Positions 15,803 to 24,441 of a DNA stretch of 32,000 bases are shown piece by piece. Every line of letters starts with the position of its first letter. Within the stretch, counting starts at the first letter, position 1. The stretch is from Gemmata obscuriglobus. GTDB taxonomy: Bacteria; Planctomycetota; Planctomycetia; Gemmatales; Gemmataceae. The DNA is taken from contig NZ_CP042911.1 in NCBI RefSeq assembly GCF_008065095.1, positions 4,410,001 through 4,442,000 of the forward strand. Reading direction: 5' to 3'. The notes beneath the pieces were generated by a model. That model was given only the letters and a program-made list of their open reading frames with translations, was not told the DNA's origin and did not search any database. The position numbers and the translations under genes were made by a program.

Positions 15803-16678
15803 ATGGCGGACAAGGTCGGCGTGTTCAACCGCTTGCTGTACGCCGGCTCCGGCGTTACCACGGCCACGCACGAGTTCGAGTTCCTCGAAGGCTCGACGCT
15901 GGGCCTCTCTGAGAACTTCATCGACACGAACGGCATCCGGGGTACCCGCTCGCACAGCTCCGAGCGGGTGCGGCGCGGGACCCGGCGGGTCGACGGCCAG
16001 ATCATTCTGGCCCCGACGCCGGTCGAGCTCGCCGTCTGGCTGCCGCTGATCCTGGGCGGCACGCCCTCGGGCACGAGCTACCCGCTCGGCGAGAACCTGC
16101 CGCTGTTCAACCTGTTCGGCGTGCGGGACGGGACCGTGTACACGTACTCGGACTGCGTCGTCACGAACGCGACGTTCAGCGCGTCCGAGGGCGGCCCGAT
16201 GCAGCTGTCGCTGACGATCATCGGCAAGGACGAGACCCAGTCCGGCTCCGCCGGCGCCGCGACCATCGACCTGACCACGCAGCCGTTCGTGCTGCACGAC
16301 GCGGTGGTGTCGGTGGGCGGCTCGAACCGCGAGGTGGCGAGCTTCTCGCTCGCGATCGACAACGTCGTCGAGGCCAAGTTCCGCAACTCGGCGACGATCA
16401 CCCAGCTCAAGGCCACCGACCGCAACGTGACCGTCGACCTGCCGGTGAGCCTCGGGACCGACGCGGCGCTGTACGGCTCGGCCGTCGGGGGCGTGGCCAC
16501 GACGCTCACGCTCACCAACGGGGGCTGCTCGCTGACCTTCTCCATGACCAAGGTGCAGGCCCCGAAGCAGCCGCTCCCGTTCGGCCAGCGGGGCATTCTG
16601 GACCTGCCCTGGCGCGGCGTCGCCCGCAAGGACGGCGCCACGCCGGAGCTCACCACCACACTGGACAGCACCCCATGA
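15803..16678 (+). CDS. Putative major tail (tube) protein, siphovirus type
   Basis: It sits directly upstream of the G/GT chaperone pair and the tape measure. It is beta-rich and 291 aa long, with an N-terminal pattern THEFEFLEGSTLGLSENFIDTNGIRGTRS...VDGQIILAPTPVEL reminiscent of phage tube proteins. No sheath gene is present. Confidence 0.6.
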   Translation: MADKVGVFNRLLYAGSGVTTATHEFEFLEGSTLGLSENFIDTNGIRGTRSHSSERVRRGTRRVDGQIILAPTPVELAVWLPLILGGTPSGTSYPLGENLPLFNLFGVRDGTVYTYSDCVVTNATFSASEGGPMQLSLTIIGKDETQSGSAGAATIDLTTQPFVLHDAVVSVGGSNREVASFSLAIDNVVEAKFRNSATITQLKATDRNVTVDLPVSLGTDAALYGSAVGGVATTLTLTNGGCSLTFSMTKVQAPKQPLPFGQRGILDLPWRGVARKDGATPELTTTLDSTP

Positions 16679-17028
16679 GCGACGCGCTCTACATCGACGA
16701 CGGGTACACGCTCACGCACGACGTGCCGGCCGTCCCGGGCCTGCACCCGGCGGTCCGGGTGGTCTACCGGCCGGCGCTCGACGCCGAGCGCAAGAAGTAC
16801 GACGCGAAGCTCGCGGCCCGCGACCCGGACGCGGTCGAGCGGCACGAGTGCGACCTGATCGCCCGCCACGTGAGCGAGATCAACGACGAGGCCCCGGGCG
16901 CGTTCCGGGCCAAGCTCCCGAAGATGCACCCGACGGTGCGGGCGGTGGTCCTGAACCTGGTGCTCGGCTTCACGCCCGCGAAGCGGATCGAGGCCGAGGG
17001 AAACTCTGGTGGGGTGTCCGGCTGCTGA
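16675..17028 (+). CDS. Tail assembly chaperone (lambda gpG analogue), zero-frame product
   Basis: ATGA overlap with the tube gene. It lies immediately upstream of the tape measure. It carries the GGGAAAC slippery heptamer 8 codons before its stop. Confidence 0.75.
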   Translation: MSDALYIDDGYTLTHDVPAVPGLHPAVRVVYRPALDAERKKYDAKLAARDPDAVERHECDLIARHVSEINDEAPGAFRAKLPKMHPTVRAVVLNLVLGFTPAKRIEAEGNSGGVSGC

Positions 17029-17402
17029 GCCTGCACCCCCGAATCGCCGCCCGCGCGTGCGACGACTGCCGGCACTGGTGGTACGACGAGCGGGGCGAGG
17101 TGGTCACCCGCGGCGGCCAACCGCTCCGCCGGCCCAGGGGCTCGCACCCGCCCTGCGGCAAGTGCCCCAAGGTGCCGGCCGGGACCGAGCGCCCGTCGCC
17201 GGCGGAGGCCGTCGAGCTCACCGACCAGCACCGCCGGACCGTGCGGTTCTACCGCGAGTGCCGGGCGGTCGGCCGGTTCCCCGACGACCCGCTCGTCCGC
17301 TGGGCCGCCGCGGTCATCCGGTCCGCCGAGGACCACTGCGAGCGCGTGTCGAGCCAGCGGACCCAGCTCGCGGTCCTGTCCGCGCTCCGAGGTGACACGT
17401 GA
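16675..17402 (+). CDS. Tail assembly chaperone -1 frameshift fusion (lambda gpGT analogue): 16675..17004 joined to 17004..17402
   Basis: The slip at G_GGA_AAC moves into the frame of track ORF 16848..17402, reading ...EAEGK/LWWGVRLLSLHPRIAARACDDCRHWW.... That frame has no ATG/GTG start before its first CxxC. It ends in a GTGA overlap with the tape measure start at 17399. Confidence 0.7.
16998..17004 (+). promoter_or_regulatory. Programmed -1 ribosomal frameshift slippery heptamer G_GGA_AAC
   Basis: The X_XXY_YYZ pattern is in the zero frame of 16675..17028 (GAG GGA AAC). Lambda G/GT uses G_GGA_AAG. The position between the tube and tape measure genes is the conserved location for this recoding event. 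Confidence 0.75.
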
Positions 17403-19186
17403 CCCCGGCCCAAAAGCAACTCGAGCTGCGCCTCAAGGTCACGGCCGACGTGGCCGACGCGCAGCGGAACCTCCAGCAGCTCGCGACCGCCGCCCAGCAG
17501 ACGCACGGCCGGGCCGCCGGCCCCCAGGGCTTCGGCGGCTACGTTCCGCCGCCCGGCTTCGGGGCGCCGGGGCAACCGCCGGCCCCGGCGGCGGGCGGCG
17601 CGGTGCCGCGCCCCGGCCCGTTCACCTCGGCGGTGCCGGCGTTCGACCGCCCGGTCCCGGTGGTGATCGTCGGGCCGAAGCCGCTGCACGTCACCGGAAC
17701 GGGCGGCGCGGGTGCCGGCCCCGGGGGCGGGGCCGGGGGCAAGAGCGCGGGCGACAAAGAAAAGGAGCGGCACGAGGCGCTGCTGACCTCGTTGCGGAAC
17801 CTCCAGCTCGGGGGAACCGTCGGACGGTACGAACAGATCAAGGGGTTCGGCGAGGCCGCGGGCAAGCTCGGCCTCCCCGGCGGGGCGCTGCTCGGCCGCC
17901 TGGCCGGCCCGGCGGCGATCGCCCTGGGCGCGCTGCAGGTGGCGGGCGACGCCGGGGAGATCCTCAGCGACGAGTACACGACCGGCGAGCAGAAGGGCCG
18001 GGCGGCGGTGCGGAAGTTCGTCCCCTTCGGCGAGACCATCCAGAGCTCGATCGACGGGCTGACCGGGCGCAAGGCCGGGATGGAGCGGGCCGAGGTGGAC
18101 TACCAGAAGCAGATGGCCGAGGTGAGCGCGCGGGCCGAGAAGGCGTCGTTCGACCTGGGCTACCGCCCCGAACAGGCCGGGTACGAGGCGCGCGAAACGC
18201 TGCTCGCCCGCGCGACACCGATCCTGGAGGGGGCGAGCGACCGCACCACCGCCGCCGGCGAGAAGGCGTTCCGGGACCGGCAGCGGCTGCTGCCGATCGA
18301 GCGCGAGGAGGCGAAGCTCCAGCGCGAGGCGGCCGTCGCCACCGCGCAACGCGCCAGCGCCGAGGCGGCGCTGGGCGACATCCAGGCCAAGCGGGCCGAG
18401 GCGGCGCGGCGCGAGCAGCAGAAGGGCCGGGAGCTGGGGGGCGACGGCCGCCCGCTCCTGCCGACCGCGGTTTCGTTACTGGCCTTCGGGCCGGTGACGC
18501 ACGCGCTCTTGGGGGGCCGGGGGACGTACGACGCGAACCAGTCCGGCGTGTCCCGCCAGCGCACCCTGTACGAGCAGGCGGCGGCGGGGGCCGAGGCGCA
18601 GCAGCTCGGCGAGCTCGAGAAGCAGGCCCGCCGCGCGGTGGTCGAGGCCCGCCGCCGGGAGGCCGAGACCGGGCGATCTGCCGGACAGGCCCGAGTGCAG
18701 CGCCTCCAGGCCGAGGCCGACATCCTTGATGGGGACGCCTCCCAGGCGGCCTCGGGCGCGCAGTCGCTCGGCGGAATGGATCGCTTCTCACGTGCGAACG
18801 CCGTGCGCTCGCTGCAGCTGCTGCAGCAGTTCGGCCCGGAGCGGATGAGCCCCCGCGAGCTGGCCGAGGCGCGCGCGGTCGCCCCACAAACGGTGGCGAA
18901 GATCCTCGAGCAGGCGGGCAAGCAGACGCCCCAGTTCGACGCCCTCCGCGCGCTCGCGCCCGCGGACTACGCCGGCGACCCGGAAGAACTGCGCCGCAAA
19001 GCGCAGGAGAAGCGCGACGAGGCCGCCCAGAAGGAGCTCGACCTCGATCGCACCCTTGCGACCAAGGTCGCGGCGGCCGGGCGCGACCTCGGCAAGTACA
19101 TCGGCGACATCATCGACCAGATCGCCGACGAGATCAAAAAAGGGATCGACCGCGACAAGCGGATCGGACGGGGGGCCAGCAGCTAG
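17399..19186 (+). CDS. Tape measure protein (595 aa)
   Basis: It follows the G/GT pair. It is long, Ala/Gly/Arg/Glu-rich and helical, with Gly-rich tracts. The rule of thumb of about 0.15 nm per residue predicts a tail of roughly 90 nm. Confidence 0.8.
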   Translation: MTPAQKQLELRLKVTADVADAQRNLQQLATAAQQTHGRAAGPQGFGGYVPPPGFGAPGQPPAPAAGGAVPRPGPFTSAVPAFDRPVPVVIVGPKPLHVTGTGGAGAGPGGGAGGKSAGDKEKERHEALLTSLRNLQLGGTVGRYEQIKGFGEAAGKLGLPGGALLGRLAGPAAIALGALQVAGDAGEILSDEYTTGEQKGRAAVRKFVPFGETIQSSIDGLTGRKAGMERAEVDYQKQMAEVSARAEKASFDLGYRPEQAGYEARETLLARATPILEGASDRTTAAGEKAFRDRQRLLPIEREEAKLQREAAVATAQRASAEAALGDIQAKRAEAARREQQKGRELGGDGRPLLPTAVSLLAFGPVTHALLGGRGTYDANQSGVSRQRTLYEQAAAGAEAQQLGELEKQARRAVVEARRREAETGRSAGQARVQRLQAEADILDGDASQAASGAQSLGGMDRFSRANAVRSLQLLQQFGPERMSPRELAEARAVAPQTVAKILEQAGKQTPQFDALRALAPADYAGDPEELRRKAQEKRDEAAQKELDLDRTLATKVAAAGRDLGKYIGDIIDQIADEIKKGIDRDKRIGRGASS

Positions 19187-20064
19187 CGCTCCCGGCCCGC
19201 CGAGTCGAGGGCCGCGGCGGAAATATCTTGTGGGCCGAAATCGGCCTTGGGCGCTGCGCTCGCCACGCGCTGCGCGAACGCCTTTCGCTCTTCGGCCGGC
19301 AGAAGGGCGGAGGTGGCCCACACGCGGACCAGCAGCTCGGCCTCCTGCTCGGCCGAGGAGGCCGAGCCTGCTTGTTTGCGGGCGAGGTGCCACAGGGGCG
19401 GCTTCTCCGGCCCGTCCGCCATGCCCGCTTTTGCGGCGCTCGCGAACGCCAACTGATTCAGCCCCACATCCTGAAGAAGCACGTAGTCACTCGCGAGCGG
19501 GGACGACGCGCGTTGGAACAGCTCCATGTTGACCCCGACCGCAACGAGCTGGGGCTCGGGCAACCGACTCAGCTGTGCCTCGGTGCGGCCGGAATCGCCA
19601 CGGATCGAGAAGCCGGCAAATTGAGACGCGGATCGTTTGACGGCTTCGCGATCCGCTCGCGACGGCACGGGGCCGACACGAAGCAGCCCGACGGTCACCG
19701 GGGCGACCCTCTCAGCCCGTTGGACGCTGAGTTCATCCGATCGCTCGATTCCCACTTTCTGCACCCGCAGGAGAGCGTCCACGCAGGACGATCGTTCGCC
19801 CTGGCTCATCCCGCCAAGGGCTTGCGCCGACCGTGAGCTGAGGGCCGCCTGGACGCTCAGCCGTTCGGCCTCCCCGTACCCCGAGGCGATATCCACCCGT
19901 TTTTTCGCGAGGGCCAGCACCGGCCCCCATTCTGGGGCTTTAGATTCGTTCGTGTTCGGCTTTTTAGAAGAAGGCTGCGATGTGGCGGCGCCGCGCTGCG
20001 TTGGTCGGGAAGTGTCGCAACCGAGAACAGTGAACAGGGCGATGACGGCAAAGGGCCAGCGCAT
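19183..20064 (-). CDS. Lipoprotein of unknown function; antisense moron 3
   Basis: MRWPFAVIALFTVLGC gives a signal peptide with an L-G-C lipobox, followed by a Ser/Lys/Pro-rich linker. GC is lower than in the flanks. Its stop overlaps the tape measure stop inside the palindrome GCTAGC (19182-19187). Confidence 0.7.
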   Translation of the reverse strand: MRWPFAVIALFTVLGCDTSRPTQRGAATSQPSSKKPNTNESKAPEWGPVLALAKKRVDIASGYGEAERLSVQAALSSRSAQALGGMSQGERSSCVDALLRVQKVGIERSDELSVQRAERVAPVTVGLLRVGPVPSRADREAVKRSASQFAGFSIRGDSGRTEAQLSRLPEPQLVAVGVNMELFQRASSPLASDYVLLQDVGLNQLAFASAAKAGMADGPEKPPLWHLARKQAGSASSAEQEAELLVRVWATSALLPAEERKAFAQRVASAAPKADFGPQDISAAALDSAGRER

Positions 20065-20219
20065 GCGCAGGTCGCTCCGGTGCGGGCGCACGCACCGGCG
20101 GCGGCGGCCCGCGCGCCGTCCCGCCCCTCACTCTCACACCGGGGTATTGGACCCGATCGGCTGCGTTGCGCCAAGGGGTTCCGGGGTCAGGGGTTGTGGC
20201 GGGTGGGCGCCCCGCGCAC

Positions 20220-20247
20220 TTTCATCCGGGCAACCCGCCCCGCGAAG
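20220..20247 (+). promoter_or_regulatory. Conserved 21-nt box, copy 3 (TTTCATCCGGGCAACCCGCCC, plus CGCGAAG)
   Basis: Same orientation as the other copies. The CAT is 33 nt upstream of ATG 20256, the same spacing as copy 1. Confidence 0.6.
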
Positions 20248-20255
20248 CTGAGCGC

Positions 20256-20987
20256 ATGCGAGCCGCGTGGGGCAACTACCTGTTTCCCGTGAACGGGTGC
20301 GAGGTCACCTCGCGCACCCGGCTGATCACGTCCGACACCGGGCGCCCGATCCGGTACGTGACCCGGGTGTCGGTCGCCGGCTGGCTGGAGGCCGACGGGC
20401 AGGCCGCCCTCGCGGTCGCCGAGGCGTCGCTCCGGGCCGCCCTGCTCACCAACTACCTCGACTTCCGGTTCCTCACCGATGCGGGCGCCGTCACGCCGCT
20501 GTCCCTCTTGAACAGCCAGTCGATCAGCGGGGTGCGGGTGGTCGACGGGCCGAACTTCACCGGGACCGACGGCGCCGAGTACGCGACGGTGCGCCGGTTC
20601 GAGTTCGAGGTCGAGGCCGAGTTCCTGATCGCGAACGCGGCCAACGCCGTGCTCGCGTACCAGGAGACGGTGTCGATCACCGGCGACGGCGGCCCCCGCT
20701 ACGTGCTCCGGGTGCCGATCAACGCGCGCGTGCTGGTGCGCCAGAAGGTGAGCGAGCGGACCCCCGTGCGGGCGGTCCAGACGGGCCGCGCGGTCGGGCA
20801 CGTGAAGTACCCGCCGGTGCCGCCCCCGCTGTGGCCCCGGCCGATCTACCAGGGCGACCAGGGCAACGTGGTGCGGGACAGCCCGCGGCGGCTCGGACTC
20901 GGGCTCGTCGAGTTCGGCGTCTCGTGGTCGTACCCGTTCGAGTCGGACGGGCCGCTCGTCGGCGTGCCCGGCCTGCCCCCGCTGTGA
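20256..20987 (+). CDS. Putative distal tail protein (243 aa)
   Basis: It is the first + strand gene after the tape measure, ignoring the antisense moron. Size and beta-rich composition fit a Dit-like protein. Start chosen at ATG 20256, 33 nt after the box. No family verified. Confidence 0.6.
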   Translation: MRAAWGNYLFPVNGCEVTSRTRLITSDTGRPIRYVTRVSVAGWLEADGQAALAVAEASLRAALLTNYLDFRFLTDAGAVTPLSLLNSQSISGVRVVDGPNFTGTDGAEYATVRRFEFEVEAEFLIANAANAVLAYQETVSITGDGGPRYVLRVPINARVLVRQKVSERTPVRAVQTGRAVGHVKYPPVPPPLWPRPIYQGDQGNVVRDSPRRLGLGLVEFGVSWSYPFESDGPLVGVPGLPPL

Positions 20988-20996
20988 GGTCCGAGT

Positions 20997-22229
20997 ATGG
21001 CGACCAACTCCTGGCTCGGCGACTACCCGGCCCGCGCCCGCGCGGTCCGGCTGACCGTCGGCGGCACCGTGGGCGCCGGCGACACCGTCGGGTACACGAT
21101 CGGCGGCGTCCGGGTCGCGGCGGTCGCCGCGCCCGGGGACGACAAGCCCGCGCTCGCGCAGAAGCTGTACAACGCGCTGTCCGCCACCGCGGACCCGCGG
21201 TTCCGCGAGGTGTCCTGGGCGTACGCCGACGGGGACGCGTTCGTGTCCGGCGCCGCCGCGACCGCGGGCGTCCCGTTCGCCGGCACGGCATCGGGGACCG
21301 GCACCACCACCCTGACCGAGACCGAGCTGGTCGCGTCCACCGGGCCGAGCCACGCGGACGAGCCCCGGAACTGGTCGCTCGGCGTGCTCCCGGGCGCGAC
21401 CCACGACGTGGTGGTGGACGTGCCCGTGCCGCTGCTGTACGGCTGGGAAAACGTCGCCGCCGCGGCGTTCGCCTCGCTCCGGATCAAGGCCGCGTTCGAG
21501 TCGCAACTCGGGCTGCCGCGGCGGAACGAGGCCGGGTACATCGAGTACCGGCAGCGGTTCTGGGTGATCGCGACGGCGGTGCCGGTCGAGATCGGCGAGG
21601 GCGACGGCCAGGGGCCGACCCGGTGCAACATCCAGGTGACGAACGCCCTTTCCGCGGTCGTCCACAAGACCGGGCAGCGGCCGGGCGCGACCGCCCCGCC
21701 GGTGAACTTCGTCGGGGCCTCGTCCGGCACGCTGGCGGTCGCCGCCGGCGACGTGGGGCTCGCGTCCGACGACGACACGACGGGCTGCACCGTCACCACG
21801 CTCGCCGTCGACGGCGCGGCCGCGCTGACGGTCGGCAAGGGCGCCACCGTGACGACCGCGAACCAGACCGGGGGGACGCTGATCGGCTTCGGCACCGTCG
21901 TCACCCACAACTTCGCCGGCGGCGACGCGACACTCTACAAGGCCCCGACCACGGTGACGGCCGACGGCGGGGCCGGCACGCTGGACTGCCGGTTCACGGG
22001 CACCGCGGCCACGGTCACCTTCCGCGGCCAGGGCGAGGGGCAGGCGTCCCCGACCTGCGTGTGCGACAACGACCCGCGCCCGCGGACCTTCGCCAGCGCG
22101 TCGTTCACCGGCGGGGCGGCCCTCCGGGACCCCGACAAGAGCGTCACGTTCACCAACCCGGCCACGTTCGACCGGACGTCGCTGAAGGCCTCCGACCTGG
22201 GCTCCCGCTTCAGCCTCCAGAGGACGTGA
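20997..22229 (+). CDS. Tail/baseplate structural protein (410 aa), Gly/Thr/Ala-rich and beta-helix-like
   Basis: ATG 20997 with GAGG upstream. Short repeats of the T-V-T/G-x-G type (TVTTLAVDGAAALTVGKGATVTTANQTGGTLIGFGTVVTHNFAGGDATL). Position within the tail tip module. Confidence 0.6.
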   Translation: MATNSWLGDYPARARAVRLTVGGTVGAGDTVGYTIGGVRVAAVAAPGDDKPALAQKLYNALSATADPRFREVSWAYADGDAFVSGAAATAGVPFAGTASGTGTTTLTETELVASTGPSHADEPRNWSLGVLPGATHDVVVDVPVPLLYGWENVAAAAFASLRIKAAFESQLGLPRRNEAGYIEYRQRFWVIATAVPVEIGEGDGQGPTRCNIQVTNALSAVVHKTGQRPGATAPPVNFVGASSGTLAVAAGDVGLASDDDTTGCTVTTLAVDGAAALTVGKGATVTTANQTGGTLIGFGTVVTHNFAGGDATLYKAPTTVTADGGAGTLDCRFTGTAATVTFRGQGEGQASPTCVCDNDPRPRTFASASFTGGAALRDPDKSVTFTNPATFDRTSLKASDLGSRFSLQRT

Positions 22230-22230
22230 C

Positions 22231-24441
22231 GTGGCCCTCGAACTCGGCCAGAGCGCGAGCTGGCCCGGCGTCGCCGCCGTGGAGAGCTGCACGGGCACGG
22301 TCTCGCACGGGATCACGCCCGGCGTGTTCGTCATGTCGACGTACCCGCAGACCGCGGCCCCGCGCGCGTTCGGCGACCTGGTGCTGTCCGACGGGGTGCG
22401 GGCGGCGGTGTTTCGCGGGTGCAAGCTGGACGCGGTCAGCGGGCGCGCCGGGCCGGACGGGCAGACGTTCACGCTCACCATCCTCGACCGGCGGTGGCGG
22501 TGGCGGTACGGGGCCATCTCCGGGCGGTACAACCAGCTCGACAAGCGCGGCAAGCTGGTCCCGTGGACGATCCGCAGCCCGCAGGAGCTCGCCGAGCTGT
22601 GCCTGAAGGCGATGGGCGAGCGGAACTACGTGATCAACCTCCCCGCGGGCCTCACCGCGGCGGCGGGCGCGAACCTGGAACAGTACCTCCGGGCCGGCGA
22701 GGACTTCCCGCAGAGCCTGACGAACCCGCCCACGGTGTGGGACCTGATCCCGCCGGCGGAGGCCCTCGCGCGGCTCGCCGACCTGTACGGGTGCCGGGTG
22801 ATTTATCAGCCGTTCGCGGACCGCGTGGTGGTGGCCCCGCTGGGCGCCGGCGGGCCGCTCACGGACTTCCCGTGCGAGTCGATCGCCCCGAACGTGGACG
22901 GCCCCGAGACGCCGTCCGCGGTGGGCGTGGCGGGCGCGCCGGTGCGGGTCCAGATGCGGCTCCTCCTGGAGCCCGTGGGCAAGGAGTGGGACGGCAGCTA
23001 CCGCCCGGTGAACGAGCTGAGCTACGCCCCGCAGGGCGGCGGAAAGGTGCAGATCTCCACCGCCGCGTACGACGGTGCCGGCCCCAACCCGTCGATCAAG
23101 GTCTACCTGCGGTTCAACCGGGACTGGGCCGCGCCCGCACCCCTGCCCGACAAGGCGGTGTTCGCCCAGTTCGGGTCGTCGGCGGCGGGCAGCGCTGCCG
23201 ACAAGCTGGCCGACGTGGCGGCGGCGATCAACGGGCACCCGGACTGCGCGCCGGTCCTGAAGGCCGAGGCCGCCGGCGACGTGCTGACGGTCACGGGGCT
23301 GGCCCAGGGGTTCCCGTTCGAGCTCGAGGCCGAGTCCAGCAGCCCCGGCCCCCCGGACCGGTTCGAGGCGGCGGTGGTGCAGCCCCCCGAGCGGCCCGGC
23401 CCCAACTGGGAGAGCTGCCCGCTGCCCAACTTCCCGGCCGTCCGCGCCACCGACCGGCTCAGCTACGATCAGGCGGTGCTCCTGGCGCAGGGGAGCGTGT
23501 TCAAGTGCTACCGGGTGCTGAACGCCGACGCGGAGACGGGGCGCCCGCCGATCCGCGTGCCCGGGTACGGCGGGCTGGTCCGCCGGCACCAGCTCACCCT
23601 CCAGCCGACGAAGGTCGACCAGGTGGCCCCGGAGCCGCGCGAGAAGGGCGTGATCCGCCGGGTGCCGAACGTGGACGAAGCGATCCGCGGTCCGCTTGGC
23701 GGACTGCCGGAGTTTTACGACGGCTACAGTCGCGACCAGGGCGCGGACGTGTACGGCAGCGTCTGGAAGCTGCTCGGTAACGTGGTCTGGGACGGGGACC
23801 GGCGGGAGGACAACACCGGCCCCGAGGACAAGGTGTACGTGCCGATCGCGGAGATCGACCCCATCTCCCAGGTCGTCACCTTCACCGATTACGTGTACCG
23901 GTACGCGATCGTCGCCGGCACCGACGTGCGGCAGGCCTTCCCGACCCTGACCCTCGAAACCGCCGTCCTCGTGTCGGTCTCGGACACGGGGGAACTGGTC
24001 CGCGCGAAGTACACGGCCAAGCTCGGCGGCGCGGCGCCCGTGGAGTGGCAGATCCGCGAGGACGTGCAGCTGTGCGTCCGCGGGCGGTACGGGCCGAAGA
24101 ACAAGTACCTGGGGCGCGAGTGGGTGGACCAGAAGGAGGCCGAGGCCCGGGCCGCGTACTACCTGGCCGGGATGGCCCACCGGTACCGGGTGACCGGGGG
24201 CGAGACCCGGCAGTACATAGGCATCCACCTGATCAACCTGGACGGGCACGTGCAGCAGGTGAGCTGGAGCGTCGGCCCCGGCGGCGCGTCCACCGTCGCC
24301 AGCACCAACAGCGAGCACAGCGCCAGCGTCCCCCCGTACGCGGCCCGGCGCCGCGCCGAGAACCTGCCGCCGGACAAGTCGGCGGCGCTGGCCAACTTCT
24401 TTGAGGAGGAGCGGGCCGGGCGCCTGCTGCCGCCGCGATGA
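22231..24441 (+). CDS. Large tail tip/hub protein (736 aa)
   Basis: GTG 22231 lies 1 nt after the previous stop, with AGGA upstream. It is the largest distal tail gene. Its ATGA overlap couples it to the next gene. No family verified. Confidence 0.65.
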   Translation: MALELGQSASWPGVAAVESCTGTVSHGITPGVFVMSTYPQTAAPRAFGDLVLSDGVRAAVFRGCKLDAVSGRAGPDGQTFTLTILDRRWRWRYGAISGRYNQLDKRGKLVPWTIRSPQELAELCLKAMGERNYVINLPAGLTAAAGANLEQYLRAGEDFPQSLTNPPTVWDLIPPAEALARLADLYGCRVIYQPFADRVVVAPLGAGGPLTDFPCESIAPNVDGPETPSAVGVAGAPVRVQMRLLLEPVGKEWDGSYRPVNELSYAPQGGGKVQISTAAYDGAGPNPSIKVYLRFNRDWAAPAPLPDKAVFAQFGSSAAGSAADKLADVAAAINGHPDCAPVLKAEAAGDVLTVTGLAQGFPFELEAESSSPGPPDRFEAAVVQPPERPGPNWESCPLPNFPAVRATDRLSYDQAVLLAQGSVFKCYRVLNADAETGRPPIRVPGYGGLVRRHQLTLQPTKVDQVAPEPREKGVIRRVPNVDEAIRGPLGGLPEFYDGYSRDQGADVYGSVWKLLGNVVWDGDRREDNTGPEDKVYVPIAEIDPISQVVTFTDYVYRYAIVAGTDVRQAFPTLTLETAVLVSVSDTGELVRAKYTAKLGGAAPVEWQIREDVQLCVRGRYGPKNKYLGREWVDQKEAEARAAYYLAGMAHRYRVTGGETRQYIGIHLINLDGHVQQVSWSVGPGGASTVASTNSEHSASVPPYAARRRAENLPPDKSAALANFFEEERAGRLLPPR

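Noticed and set aside
17009-17395. Track ORF 17009..17395 as the downstream partner of the tail chaperone
   Set aside because: It is the +1 frame relative to the chaperone and translates to Arg/Pro-rich junk. The slippery heptamer leads into the -1 frame (track ORF 16848..17402), which encodes a sensible Cys4-containing sequence and couples to the tape measure start.
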